Shown piece by piece: positions 1-9,024 of a stretch of 41,797 nucleotides of DNA; position 1 is the first letter of the stretch; the number at the start of each line of letters is the position of its first letter. A model generated the notes under the pieces. It saw nothing but the letters and a program-made list of their open reading frames with translations. It did no database searches and had not been told where the DNA came from. The DNA is from a virus. The stretch spans positions 1 through 41,797 of the IMG/VR virus record IMGVR_UViG_3300048072_000006; one strand, 5' to 3'. The position numbers and the translations under genes are program-made.

Positions 1-127
1 GCCTCAAGGACGCAGAGGCCATAGCTGTAGATGTTGCCGAACACGCGGTCTCCGGGCTCCAGCGCATGGAGCAGGCGGTTATACCAGACGCCCTCGATCG
101 TCGTTGAGTGCGCGACCCATCCGGTGA
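1..127. repeat. 127-bp terminal direct repeat, identical to 41671..41797 (circular-assembly overlap)
   Basis: Read directly: 'gcctcaaggacgcagaggcc...cgcgacccatccggtga' occurs at both window ends, base for base. Confidence 0.95.
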
Positions 128-2696
128 TGCCGTCACTGGACCCTGCTGCCACATATTTGTCGAATATGACGACCGGGGGCTGTGCCGCCGGGGTGCTGAG
201 ATAAAGCCCCTGCTCATAGCCATGGAGCATCAGGCGGTAGGTCTGGACGAATGCAGGAGCCGTGTTGAAGCTGACCTCGTTCGACCATTCCCAGTTGATT
301 TCATCGCCCGGCATCCCTGCCGCCACGTCCTGCGCCACCAGCGCGCGCAGTCCGGTCTCGGTGGTGAAGTCATGGACGTTGATCCACGGGTTAAAGCCGC
401 CATCGGCGCAGAAATCCAGGAACAGGCCGACGCCCCGACGAGTCTGCGGGCCGCTCCACCAGCCACGATCCTGCCCCGCTGCCGTCTCGGTGCTCGATGA
501 GCCGCCGTTGATGTCCCATGCACTCATCCAGCGCACCGTCTTCGTGCCGATCGCCTGATAGTCGCTCATCATGAGCGGCTGATATGCAATCTCGGGGCTG
601 GCATCGCCCACCGGCAGGATCGTCCAACTGTTCGTGCTGTTGAGCGTGCCGGAGATTTTCAGGAACAGGCCGCGCTGGGCAACGGTCGTCGGCGAGAAGG
701 TGAAGCGCATCGTGCCGACGCCGGCGACCACCGACCATGCCTGCGTCACCGTGAAGTTGGAAATCTGCTCGACGGAAACGACGAGGCCTGGCTCGCAGTC
801 GTCGACACGGACTTCGTGCTCACCCAGCGAGGCCGTCGAGCCGCCGCCTTCCCACAGCTTGCAGATGACCCCCGTGTCGCCGGAGGGGTAGGCGCTCGGG
901 AAGCGCCCGGATGTCAGCGCGAACGTGCCATCATAAGGCGACTGGTAGTTCGTCCTGGCCCACGTGCCCTTGAGCGCCACATCTTTCGCGACGAGCGCCG
1001 AATAAGCGGACCCCGCATAGTTGACGTTCATGCCGAGCCGGAACGGCAGCGTGCCGGAATAGGGCTCTTCGATGAAGTAGGCCGGGCGATACACCGCGCT
1101 GGCCTCATAGCCGGAGGTGAAGGTCATCTCGGCCGAGAAGGTCGGCGCCGTGCCGAGCAGGCTGTTATATTGCGCCTGCGTCAACGTCAGGTCCGCCGTC
1201 CAGACGCCATCGGTGGACGTGATGTTGCTGCCGGCCGTGGGGGCCAGGAATGTCGTCTCGTCCTGCGCGGTGATGCCGATCAGGACGCTCGACGGGACCA
1301 GCCCGGCGCCATGCTCGCCATGCAGGGTGAGCACGACATTGCCCCCGCTCGGCGGCGCGAAGCTCGCCTCGTTGACGGCAAACAGGCTGGCGACGCGCGT
1401 CATGCGCGGGCCATAGATGCCGGCGCCCGGCACACTGTAGGGGAAAGCCCAGCGAATATAGGTGTTATAGCCGACCTGCTCGACGGAGGATGAGATGTCG
1501 AGCCCGCCGCCGGGGGTCAGCGACGTATAGGTGTCGGAAAAGGCGGTCGTCTCGATCTCGACAAAAAGCCGGTCGCCGATGATCGAGATCAGGACGCCGC
1601 AGTTCGCCTTGCCGGTGCCGAGTGCGCCCGCCGGGAAGGTGTAGACATCGACACCGGATGCGTTGAGTGCCTTCGTGACCTTGGAGAAGGTCGTGCCGAG
1701 CGAGACGCTGTAGAAATAATATTCTGCGGCGCCGGGGACGGTGGAGCGCACGCTGACCGTGACATAGGTCGAGGGGGAGGGAGGGGCGCTCGGGCCGATG
1801 CGGAAAAAGAAATTCTGGTCGCTGTTGCCGCTGTCAAACGCCGTTGCGTGGCTGGCACTCGCCGCCGAGGACAGGCCGAACCACGGCCCCGGCGAACTTC
1901 CGCTCTGCGCTTTCACGACAAGCTTGGCCTCGTCAGTGCCGGACGTGACAAGCCCGGCATGGATACCGGTCAGCGCCTCGATCTGCGTCCCTGGGGTCGC
2001 GCCAGTCAGCGGCCAGTAACCCTCGACAGGCAGCGAGAAGGCCGAACAGAGCCAGTCCGCGCCATATCGCGCGGCGATGCGCAGACTCTTGATGTTCATG
2101 TCGCCGGTGATCTGGTAGCTGCCGGTGGTGGCGCCGCCGATGTCCGTCCATGTGTCGGGCGATCCGCCGTTCCATGGCGCGCTCTGCCACTTCACCTCAT
2201 CCGGGCCGGAGTCGTAGCTGCCCGTCACGGTGCTGCCGACCACGAAGTCCCCGGCGATCGTCGGGTTGTTGTGCGTGATGACGGTGTCGGTGATGACGGT
2301 ATCGGCATGGGCTGCCCCGGCGATCTCGCCCTCGCTCGGGTCTGAGATCGCCGCGCGCAGCACCTTGTCCTCGTCGACGCTGGTCACATAGACGGTCCAG
2401 CCCTGCTCGCCATCCTCGATGAAGCTCAGCGTCGCGGACGGGAAGGCGTCGCCCTCGATGTCCCCGGCGACAACAGTGTTGCTGTAGGGCGCCGTCACCG
2501 CCGCGATGCCGATGGTGGCCGGCGCGGCAGGCGATGCCGAACTGCCGCTCAACGCCACCGTGAAGGTCACGGCGGTGACATCGTCCGTCACTTCATCAAC
2601 GGACGGCAGGGCAGTGATGGACCATTGCGCAGGCGGCGCCGCCCCCCAGTCCCGCCCGCCCAGCCATAAGCCGAGGCCAAGCCCGAAAGCGCTCAT
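1..2696 (-). CDS. Giant tail fibre/host-specificity protein, 5' part (about 898 codons). It continues across the junction into 40560..41670, about 1,268 aa in total.
   Basis: The minus frame is open from ATG 2694-2696 down to nt 1. An in-frame TGA lies at 2715-2717 with no start codon between it and the ATG. Via the 127-nt overlap the frame matches track ORF 40560..41714 (41714-41672=42). My translation ends '...GDRVFGNIYSYGLCVLEA', which is the start of that ORF. It is absent from the track because it has no stop inside the window. The N-terminus has Ig/Calx-beta-like 'VTFTVALSGSSASP'. Confidence 0.85.
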   Translation of the reverse strand, partial: MSAFGLGLGLWLGGRDWGAAPPAQWSITALPSVDEVTDDVTAVTFTVALSGSSASPAAPATIGIAAVTAPYSNTVVAGDIEGDAFPSATLSFIEDGEQGWTVYVTSVDEDKVLRAAISDPSEGEIAGAAHADTVITDTVITHNNPTIAGDFVVGSTVTGSYDSGPDEVKWQSAPWNGGSPDTWTDIGGATTGSYQITGDMNIKSLRIAARYGADWLCSAFSLPVEGYWPLTGATPGTQIEALTGIHAGLVTSGTDEAKLVVKAQSGSSPGPWFGLSSAASASHATAFDSGNSDQNFFFRIGPSAPPSPSTYVTVSVRSTVPGAAEYYFYSVSLGTTFSKVTKALNASGVDVYTFPAGALGTGKANCGVLISIIGDRLFVEIETTAFSDTYTSLTPGGGLDISSSVEQVGYNTYIRWAFPYSVPGAGIYGPRMTRVASLFAVNEASFAPPSGGNVVLTLHGEHGAGLVPSSVLIGITAQDETTFLAPTAGSNITSTDGVWTADLTLTQAQYNSLLGTAPTFSAEMTFTSGYEASAVYRPAYFIEEPYSGTLPFRLGMNVNYAGSAYSALVAKDVALKGTWARTNYQSPYDGTFALTSGRFPSAYPSGDTGVICKLWEGGGSTASLGEHEVRVDDCEPGLVVSVEQISNFTVTQAWSVVAGVGTMRFTFSPTTVAQRGLFLKISGTLNSTNSWTILPVGDASPEIAYQPLMMSDYQAIGTKTVRWMSAWDINGGSSSTETAAGQDRGWWSGPQTRRGVGLFLDFCADGGFNPWINVHDFTTETGLRALVAQDVAAGMPGDEINWEWSNEVSFNTAPAFVQTYRLMLHGYEQGLYLSTPAAQPPVVIFDKYVAAGSSDGITGWVAHSTTIEGVWYNRLLHALEPGDRVFGNIYSYGLCVLE

Positions 2697-2771
2697 GTCG
2701 CCGGCACCATCAGATCACCAGCCAGCATCTGGTGGCGGCGTCTATGGCCGTGATCCGGCAGCATTCCCATT

Positions 2772-4397
2772 TCACACCACTCTGATTTGAAGGATAGAAC
2801 CGTTTCGGTAGAAGCCGCCCACGGGAACGCCGCCAGCCGCAGCGGCAGCGTCATCCGCATAGGATGTGAGGTTTTTGGTCCTCGCCGACACGATGTGGCC
2901 GGCAGGCTCCAGTTCTGTGTTCCCGGCAGAAGTAAACCTGGCCCCCACCCCTTGTCGGGTGATCGAGAAGATCGTGACTCCTGCGGGGTCGATGCCGTAA
3001 TAACCTTCACCGTCAGCGAATGCGCGCGTCTTGATCTTCCCATCAGAAGGAAGCGCCATCATGTTCGTGCCGTGCCCGGTGCGGCAGATATTGCGACAAA
3101 AAAGCCCCGCCACTGAAGGGAGTGTAGCTGCGTCGTCCATCTCGAAGTGTTCGATGATAACCTGCGCGTTCGTTCCGCCGCCAACGGTTACGCCTTGGCC
3201 TACCGCAGCGTGGTAAATATAAACCCGCGCAGGCGCTTCAAACGGCAGTGACGTTCCGAGCAGAAACATACCCCACGGAGATCCGGAGCGCGCCCCGTAG
3301 ACCGTGTTGACAAGCGTGCCGATTGTAACCTCGTCACAATATCCGAGCACAAGACCTTTCCCGCCGGTCCCAGATATACCGCACTGGATTATGCGGATAT
3401 CGGTGACGGTCACATCTGGCCCCCCCGCGACCCTATACCCGTCTATTTTTACACACTCGCCATTATGGCCATAAGGTGAGTAGGCGAACAGGCGGCCGAT
3501 GCAATTCGCGCCCGACAGGACGGAATTGGACCCAACGGTTCCGACGCCGGTACTGTCAACCGTGGCTAATAGAAGCCCGCGCCCACCCGCCTGCCAATTC
3601 ACCGCGACCACGCTGTCAATCGTGCAGGACGAGAACGATTTTGCCTCAAAGCAAAACGATGCGCCGGTTGCCCCGTTGAAGGTCGCGTCGCCATCAAGGG
3701 TAAGATTCCCTATCCAGCGCAGCCCTTGGATCGGCCCCGCCACCTTGAAGAGCGAGCCGCCCGCAACACCACCCCACACGAAACGCGTGCCCGCCTTCGC
3801 GGTAGAATACCACGGGTCTGAAGTGTCAATCAGCGCGTTCGCGTTGGAAGTATCGCCTCCCCAGATAATCGTGCAGTTGTTCCCCACGGTGGACAAGGCC
3901 GTTGTGGTGCCGTTACCGTAAATTACGGTAGAGTTGATCTTGATCTTGGCGCTCGGCATGATGAGCACTTTGCCGGGGCCGCACCAATCGAATGCGGCCT
4001 GCACGGCCACCGAGTCGTCCGTCACACCATCGGCGGCGATGCCGAAGTCCCCCCAGAACCTGATTGTATCAGTGAACCGCTTTAACTGTCCGCCGATCGA
4101 CGTTGACGCATAAGCCAAGGCTTTATCGAAGCTGATCAGATCGGCGCCATCGCCGGAGGCGGCGGAGGCGAGTTCGTCAAAAACTTGAACATCGATAGCC
4201 TGCTTGACCCGAAGTGACGACATGCGGTCGTCATTGGACGAGCCGGCCTCTGCCTCCGCCTGAGACGCAAGAGGAACAGCTACATCAACAAGCCCCTTTG
4301 GCGTCGTCTTCTCGACCGTCGTCCCATTGTCGAAAATGACAGCGGAGCCTGCTGTTGCTGTGCCGGCGGGGAGGTCTTTTGGTCTGATCTGTGCCAT
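2772..4397 (-). CDS. Tailspike with pectate-lyase-like right-handed beta-helix (probable polysaccharide depolymerase), 541 aa
   Basis: 'FWGDFGIAADGVTDDSVAVQAAFDW' matches the Pectate_lyase_3/GH28-type N-terminal motif, followed by Gly/Asn/Thr-rich beta-helix-like repeats. The start was re-picked at ATG 4397 ('MAQIRPKDLP'), 1 nt after the upstream stop at 4399. Confidence 0.85.
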   Translation of the reverse strand: MAQIRPKDLPAGTATAGSAVIFDNGTTVEKTTPKGLVDVAVPLASQAEAEAGSSNDDRMSSLRVKQAIDVQVFDELASAASGDGADLISFDKALAYASTSIGGQLKRFTDTIRFWGDFGIAADGVTDDSVAVQAAFDWCGPGKVLIMPSAKIKINSTVIYGNGTTTALSTVGNNCTIIWGGDTSNANALIDTSDPWYSTAKAGTRFVWGGVAGGSLFKVAGPIQGLRWIGNLTLDGDATFNGATGASFCFEAKSFSSCTIDSVVAVNWQAGGRGLLLATVDSTGVGTVGSNSVLSGANCIGRLFAYSPYGHNGECVKIDGYRVAGGPDVTVTDIRIIQCGISGTGGKGLVLGYCDEVTIGTLVNTVYGARSGSPWGMFLLGTSLPFEAPARVYIYHAAVGQGVTVGGGTNAQVIIEHFEMDDAATLPSVAGLFCRNICRTGHGTNMMALPSDGKIKTRAFADGEGYYGIDPAGVTIFSITRQGVGARFTSAGNTELEPAGHIVSARTKNLTSYADDAAAAAGGVPVGGFYRNGSILQIRVV

Positions 4398-4398
4398 C

Positions 4399-5199
4399 TT
4401 AAAATGCCCGGATGATCTTGTTCGCCACAATAGTGGGCTGAACATTGGGGTGGGCCTCGCCGCCACCGGCAGAGGAAATGCTGTGCGTGTGGGAGCTAGC
4501 TGACGATGTGCCCGCAGAGCCGCTCGTCACAGACTGGTAAGGGCCTGATCCGCCGCCTCCGGGTGTAAATCCGAAGTGCTGCTGGAAGCTGATTGTATGC
4601 GAGTGAGCGCCGTTTGAGCCTGTGGCCGCGCCATGGTCATGCGCAGGCATCTGCTCCAGCGTGAGCGCATGGCTTTGAGCGCCGCCGGCAGCACCGAGCG
4701 TCGTCCCGTCTACAGGGCTGGTGAGGCGGCCAGCGACAGTGCCGCCCATGTCATCACGCCCGGCGGATGTGCGCCCGCGACAGTCCGGGAGGTTGAACGT
4801 CGATGCCCCGTCGCCAGAGCCGTATTTCGTGCCGAGTACAGCGAACAGGGCGGCATAATCGACGCGGGAGATTGCCTGACCATAGCAGAGGAACCAACCA
4901 TCGGGGGCCGTATCGCCCCAGAAGTCAGCGCTCGCGCCAATCGGAAATCCCTGCGTTGAAAGCTGGCCAAGCGTGACAGCATCGCTGCTGTTCGTGCCGG
5001 GGGCGAGATTGATAGCCTTGAAGCCGCCATGGTTGAGATCGGCCTGCATTGCGCCGACCCCGGCACGGCTCAGCGAGCCAGTCAGGGCAGAGGCGATGTC
5101 TTGGAGCGGGGGATTGTGCTGCGACGGGAGAACTTGATCGCCATTATTGACGATTGCCCCCGCAGGCAAAGAATACACGCCAGTGCTATCTCTAGGCAT
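4399..5199 (-). CDS. Tail fibre protein with phage tail-collar domain, 266 aa
   Basis: 'WFLCYGQAISRVDYAALFAVLGTKYGSGDGASTFNLPDCRGR' is the classic collar-domain motif. The C-terminus is Gly/Ser/His-rich. Start ATG 5199 is preceded by GGAGG ('gatggaggcaaggaatATG'). Confidence 0.85.
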   Translation of the reverse strand: MPRDSTGVYSLPAGAIVNNGDQVLPSQHNPPLQDIASALTGSLSRAGVGAMQADLNHGGFKAINLAPGTNSSDAVTLGQLSTQGFPIGASADFWGDTAPDGWFLCYGQAISRVDYAALFAVLGTKYGSGDGASTFNLPDCRGRTSAGRDDMGGTVAGRLTSPVDGTTLGAAGGAQSHALTLEQMPAHDHGAATGSNGAHSHTISFQQHFGFTPGGGGSGPYQSVTSGSAGTSSASSHTHSISSAGGGEAHPNVQPTIVANKIIRAF

Positions 5200-5448
5200 A
5201 TTCCTTGCCTCCATCTGGCATGATGGCAAGGTCATAACCGATACCATCCTGAATAGGGTGGCCGCCAGATCGCGCTTGCGTAAAATTATTTAGATTGGGG
5301 TTGTGCCGCATGAACCCTGGCTTTCCTTGTTTTCAGGAAAGCGCATGAGGTAGGTTCAACCGCGCTATGCCGACCTTGATAGCACAGAGCGGCCCAGCGG
5401 GAAAGCGCCATTGTTGCGGCCAAGGAAGGAATAGGCTATGCCAGATCA

Positions 5449-5706
5449 ATGATCACGCCGCCCGAAGGGCCACTCCGCATTGTGGCGATCTTTTTCTTCG
5501 CGGCGATTCTCCGCGTCGGCGTAAAGTATCTTTGGGATAAGTCGAAGGCGCGCCGAACGGTCGTCCCGATGAAGTTGCGAAAAGGCGTGCATGTCCCGTG
5601 GGGCTTCCATGAGCGCTTTGCCTGGCACGCCGGGACCGTTGCATTCTTCTGGTTCGGCTTTTTCGCGTGCTTCGCTATCTATCTGTCATTAACGGAACAT
5701 AGGTAG
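5449..5706 (+). CDS. Small two-TM membrane protein on the opposite strand inside the late operon (moron candidate), 85 aa
   Basis: Two hydrophobic segments ('LRIVAIFFFAAILRVGV', 'GTVAFFWFGFFACFAIYLSL'). Hand-counted GC3 is about 70% in this frame. AAGGAAGGA lies upstream. The ORF is convergent with the 840-aa gene and overlaps it by 32 nt. Confidence 0.55.
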   Translation: MITPPEGPLRIVAIFFFAAILRVGVKYLWDKSKARRTVVPMKLRKGVHVPWGFHERFAWHAGTVAFFWFGFFACFAIYLSLTEHR

Positions 5707-8197
5707 CAGGAGCGGCAAGAAGCCCCGCAATCGTATCGTTGTTGACAATGATCTCACCGGCTTTGCGGAATGCCTGCGGGCGATCAGATGCCAGAATGCG
5801 CTGAATACCAGCCCGAGCCGCAGGGGAATAGGGCGCGGCAGCCAGTAGTGACGCGATGACAGCAGTCGTCGCGCCAGACCCGGCACGCTCTGCCGTATCG
5901 CCTTCACTCGCCGCATAGCCACCGCCGCCTCCTGCAAGGAATGCCGCAGCGGGTATGAGGGCGCGGCCCGCTGTCCCGCTATCAGGCACCGAGGACGGGA
6001 GCACTTCCTGTCCCGCGCGTTGCAATTCATAGAACGGACGATCACCGCGCGCAGCCGCACGAGCGCCGCCGAAGCGGGTCGTGTTCTGCCGTGCCGCCAT
6101 GCCAAGCTGCGACGGCATGAACGTGCCGCCCTGATTGATGGCGCGGTTCACGGCATTATCGACCACCGACTGATTGCGATAGGCTGCATTTGCAGAGTCG
6201 AAGGCATCCAGCACGTCTGGAGCTTGGCGCTGCACCAGGCCGCGAAGGCTGTCATCCAGCATTCCGAGGCCATGGTCGAACTCATAGGACATGATTTCAT
6301 TGCCCGCCGCATCCGACGCTTGCCTTATGCCGCGAATAGCGTCCTGAAAGCCACGTCCGCTGATATTGCCCTGATTGTCGAACAACGTCCCGATGCGACT
6401 CGCCGCGACCGCATCAAACTGGTCGCCCAACTGCGGAATCTGGCGCCCGTAAGCCAGCGCCGCCGCAACATCGTTCATGAACTGCGGGTCCGCCGTGAAG
6501 GCGCGGCCATTGAGTGCGGCATCATAAGCTCCGCTGATGGCCTGCTGATTGGCATTGACGCCAGCCTCGCCGATATGCGCCGGAGCCGTGGCGCCAATAG
6601 GTGCAACAGCTTCTGCCATCGCAGCGCGGTTGAAGTCCTCGATGCCTTCCATCCTGCGGGCGCCGATCTGGTTCCCGACCATGGGCAGGCTGGTCATCTT
6701 GTCCTCGAAGTTTTTCAAGCCGCCGCCGACAACCTGGCCCGGCGTCATGCGGACGCCCGCACGGTCGAGTGCCTGCACCAGCGGGTCAGTCACGCCGCCA
6801 GCGACTGTTCCAACGCCACGCGCAGCAGTGCGGCCAGCCATGCCGCCGCCAAGCCCGAGGGCCGCGCCGAACAGGGCCTCGGCTCCTCGGCTCTGCTCAG
6901 GATCATCAGCAGACCCAGACCCATAGAATGCACCCGCCGCAAGGTCGCCACCGCGCATACGGCCAACAGCGCCAAGGCCGGCCCGGCCAAGCATCGATTC
7001 CGCTCCGAATGCGCCCATAGCGCCGCCTGCGACTTGTCCGCCGAAATAGGACCATGGGTTCTCCTGAGAGACACCTTCCATGGTTGCGCGGGCCAAGTCC
7101 GGATTCCCGGTTAGATTGTCGAGATAGCCGCCTGTAATCGTGTCAGCCGCACCGATGACAGCAGAGCCAGGAGCTGACATGCCGATCTCGCCGAGCGTCT
7201 GCGAAACACCGCCAGCGGGCGCCCAATACTTCTCAAGGTCAACGCGCGGCATCTCGCCGGGGTTCTGACGGGCGTACTGGATGACAGCCTCAAGGTTCTG
7301 CGGATCGGAGCCAAGCCCAGGGCGGACGTTGTTGAGATAATCGCGCACGCGCTGCGCATCGGCTCCATCGCGAATCATGCGGGCGACCTGGGCGTTGAGA
7401 CCCCGCAATGCCGGGTCATCCTCCGCATTGCCTTCCGCCGTCACACGGCCACGCGCGCCGGGGATTTCGCCATCATTGGCCTGGCCGGGGATGATGCCGT
7501 ATTTCTCGGCAACAGTCGGCTCGCGCGGGTCTTCGTTGTTCAGCAGCGCCAGTGCATTGCGGTAATGGCGCTCGACGGCAGCAAGGCCACGGCGCAGCGA
7601 TTCCGCATCCTGCGTCTGAGACAGCGCGCCAACGGCATTGGCAAGGCGTGTGGCCTCGGTTTCGGTTAGCGCGCCATAGCCAGACGAACCGTTCGCAGAC
7701 GCCGCCTTGAGCTGCTTGATCGTGTCGTTGATGACGTTGCCTTGCAACCCCTGAAGCGTGGCCGCGAGATTTGCGCTGTTCTGTCCGGCGAAAGGCACGC
7801 CCTGGAAGAACCCAGTCCCCGCGACGTTGCCCGTGGACCAACCGCGCCCAATCTGATCGCGCGCGACGTTGATCAACTGCAACACGTTGTCGGTCTGGAG
7901 TTGTTGCTGGATTTTGGCTGTCTGCGGGTTCGGTGCAGTCGCCTGCTCCTTGATCGCGGCCTGCGCGGCCATTTCCGCCTTCAACGCCTCTGCTTCAGCG
8001 CGTCGGCGGTCCGCTTCTAGTGTGGACTGCTGGCGAGCCTCAGCCTGTCGCGCGATGTCAACCCGCTCTGCCTCAAGCTGCGTGCTGGTGTCCTTGCGAT
8101 CCTCCTCCCGAGAGCGGTACGGATCGCGCACAATCACGCCTTGCTGCGGAGAAGACTGCTGATCCGGGACGAGATCGCCAAACGGATTTTGCGCCAT
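5675..8197 (-). CDS. Large internal virion/ejection-type protein (Ala/Gly-rich), 840 aa
   Basis: Long ORF in the podovirus 'internal protein' position after the nozzle genes, with an N-terminal coiled coil, Gly/Ala-rich hydrophobic stretches and a TAATG overlap with the upstream gene. Function is assigned from position and composition only. Confidence 0.7.
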   Translation of the reverse strand: MAQNPFGDLVPDQQSSPQQGVIVRDPYRSREEDRKDTSTQLEAERVDIARQAEARQQSTLEADRRRAEAEALKAEMAAQAAIKEQATAPNPQTAKIQQQLQTDNVLQLINVARDQIGRGWSTGNVAGTGFFQGVPFAGQNSANLAATLQGLQGNVINDTIKQLKAASANGSSGYGALTETEATRLANAVGALSQTQDAESLRRGLAAVERHYRNALALLNNEDPREPTVAEKYGIIPGQANDGEIPGARGRVTAEGNAEDDPALRGLNAQVARMIRDGADAQRVRDYLNNVRPGLGSDPQNLEAVIQYARQNPGEMPRVDLEKYWAPAGGVSQTLGEIGMSAPGSAVIGAADTITGGYLDNLTGNPDLARATMEGVSQENPWSYFGGQVAGGAMGAFGAESMLGRAGLGAVGRMRGGDLAAGAFYGSGSADDPEQSRGAEALFGAALGLGGGMAGRTAARGVGTVAGGVTDPLVQALDRAGVRMTPGQVVGGGLKNFEDKMTSLPMVGNQIGARRMEGIEDFNRAAMAEAVAPIGATAPAHIGEAGVNANQQAISGAYDAALNGRAFTADPQFMNDVAAALAYGRQIPQLGDQFDAVAASRIGTLFDNQGNISGRGFQDAIRGIRQASDAAGNEIMSYEFDHGLGMLDDSLRGLVQRQAPDVLDAFDSANAAYRNQSVVDNAVNRAINQGGTFMPSQLGMAARQNTTRFGGARAAARGDRPFYELQRAGQEVLPSSVPDSGTAGRALIPAAAFLAGGGGGYAASEGDTAERAGSGATTAVIASLLAAAPYSPAARAGIQRILASDRPQAFRKAGEIIVNNDTIAGLLAAPATYVPLMTDR

Positions 8198-9024
8198 TAC
8201 GGACGAACTCCCCAGCCCTTGAGACGATCCATGACCTTATATGGGTCAGCGCCATTGCGCACCGCTTCCTCGGCTTGCTTCAACAGATCGGCATCGGACA
8301 TTCCCGCCGGGCGCTGCGGAGCGCTCGGGGCCGGACTTAGTGGACTGCCGTTCGGAATATTGGCCGGAGATGGTGACGCCGTTCCGGCTACCGGCGAGAC
8401 TGCTTGACCACCTCCTCCCGTTAGTGCCGTCATGAACCCGGACTGCGGGCCACCGTAAAAGCCGCCATCAGGCAGCGACGCCGTAATGAACGGATCGTTC
8501 CGCGACTGAAGCAAGCGCCGGGCCTCAGCCTGATATTCAGGCGTGCCCGGCTGAAACCCGGCGTCGACAAGCATCTGCTGAAATTCCAGCGGCTTTGCAT
8601 GCTTCGGCATATGCGCCTCAAGCATCGCCATCGCCACCTTCTGCGTGACAGGGTCGCCGCTGGAAATGCCCGCTGCGATCTCAGGTGGCAGATTAAGCCC
8701 GGAAAGCGCCTCCTGCGACGCTGTCGCCGCTGCCTGATCCTGCTTGCGCACGTCGCGCATAGACATCGCGCCAAGCACATTATCCGCCACACGGCCAAGC
8801 CCCTGCGTCCAGTGACCGACAGGCGAATAATCCGACTGCATCATGTCTGCCGCGCGCGCGCGTTCTATGGCAAGCTGCTCAGGCGTCATGCGTGCGCCAC
8901 CCTGTCCCCATACGAACGGGGATTGCGGCGCTTCCAGCATGGGCGCGTTGGCGAGGATGGAGGCAATATCGTTATTGCCCCATGGCCTCTCAGGATTAGG
9001 CCCGCTCATGGGCATGATCGTCAC
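8197..9024 (-). CDS. Virion internal protein (hypothetical), 275 aa
   Basis: GTG 9024 overlaps the upstream stop (GTGA); alternative ATGs lie at 9015 and 9009. The C-terminal linker is Pro/Ser/Gly-rich. Function is positional only. Confidence 0.65.
   Translation of the reverse strand: MTIMPMSGPNPERPWGNNDIASILANAPMLEAPQSPFVWGQGGARMTPEQLAIERARAADMMQSDYSPVGHWTQGLGRVADNVLGAMSMRDVRKQDQAAATASQEALSGLNLPPEIAAGISSGDPVTQKVAMAMLEAHMPKHAKPLEFQQMLVDAGFQPGTPEYQAEARRLLQSRNDPFITASLPDGGFYGGPQSGFMTALTGGGGQAVSPVAGTASPSPANIPNGSPLSPAPSAPQRPAGMSDADLLKQAEEAVRNGADPYKVMDRLKGWGVRP

Noticed and set aside
108-2345. Plus- and minus-strand ORFs of 60-225 aa listed in the first 2.7 kb (e.g. 816..1493, 1848..2345)
   Set aside because: All lie within, or antisense to, the continuous minus-strand frame of the 1,268-codon tail gene that wraps the junction.
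5320-5342. Hairpin GCTTTCC-N9-GGAAAGC as a terminator
   Set aside because: No U-tract follows on either strand, so it is not a convincing intrinsic terminator. It might still be a regulatory or processing stem.
6020-7114. 364-aa plus-strand ORF, with nested 125-aa and 83-aa ORFs
   Set aside because: Antisense to the 840-aa internal virion gene, with shadow-frame composition.
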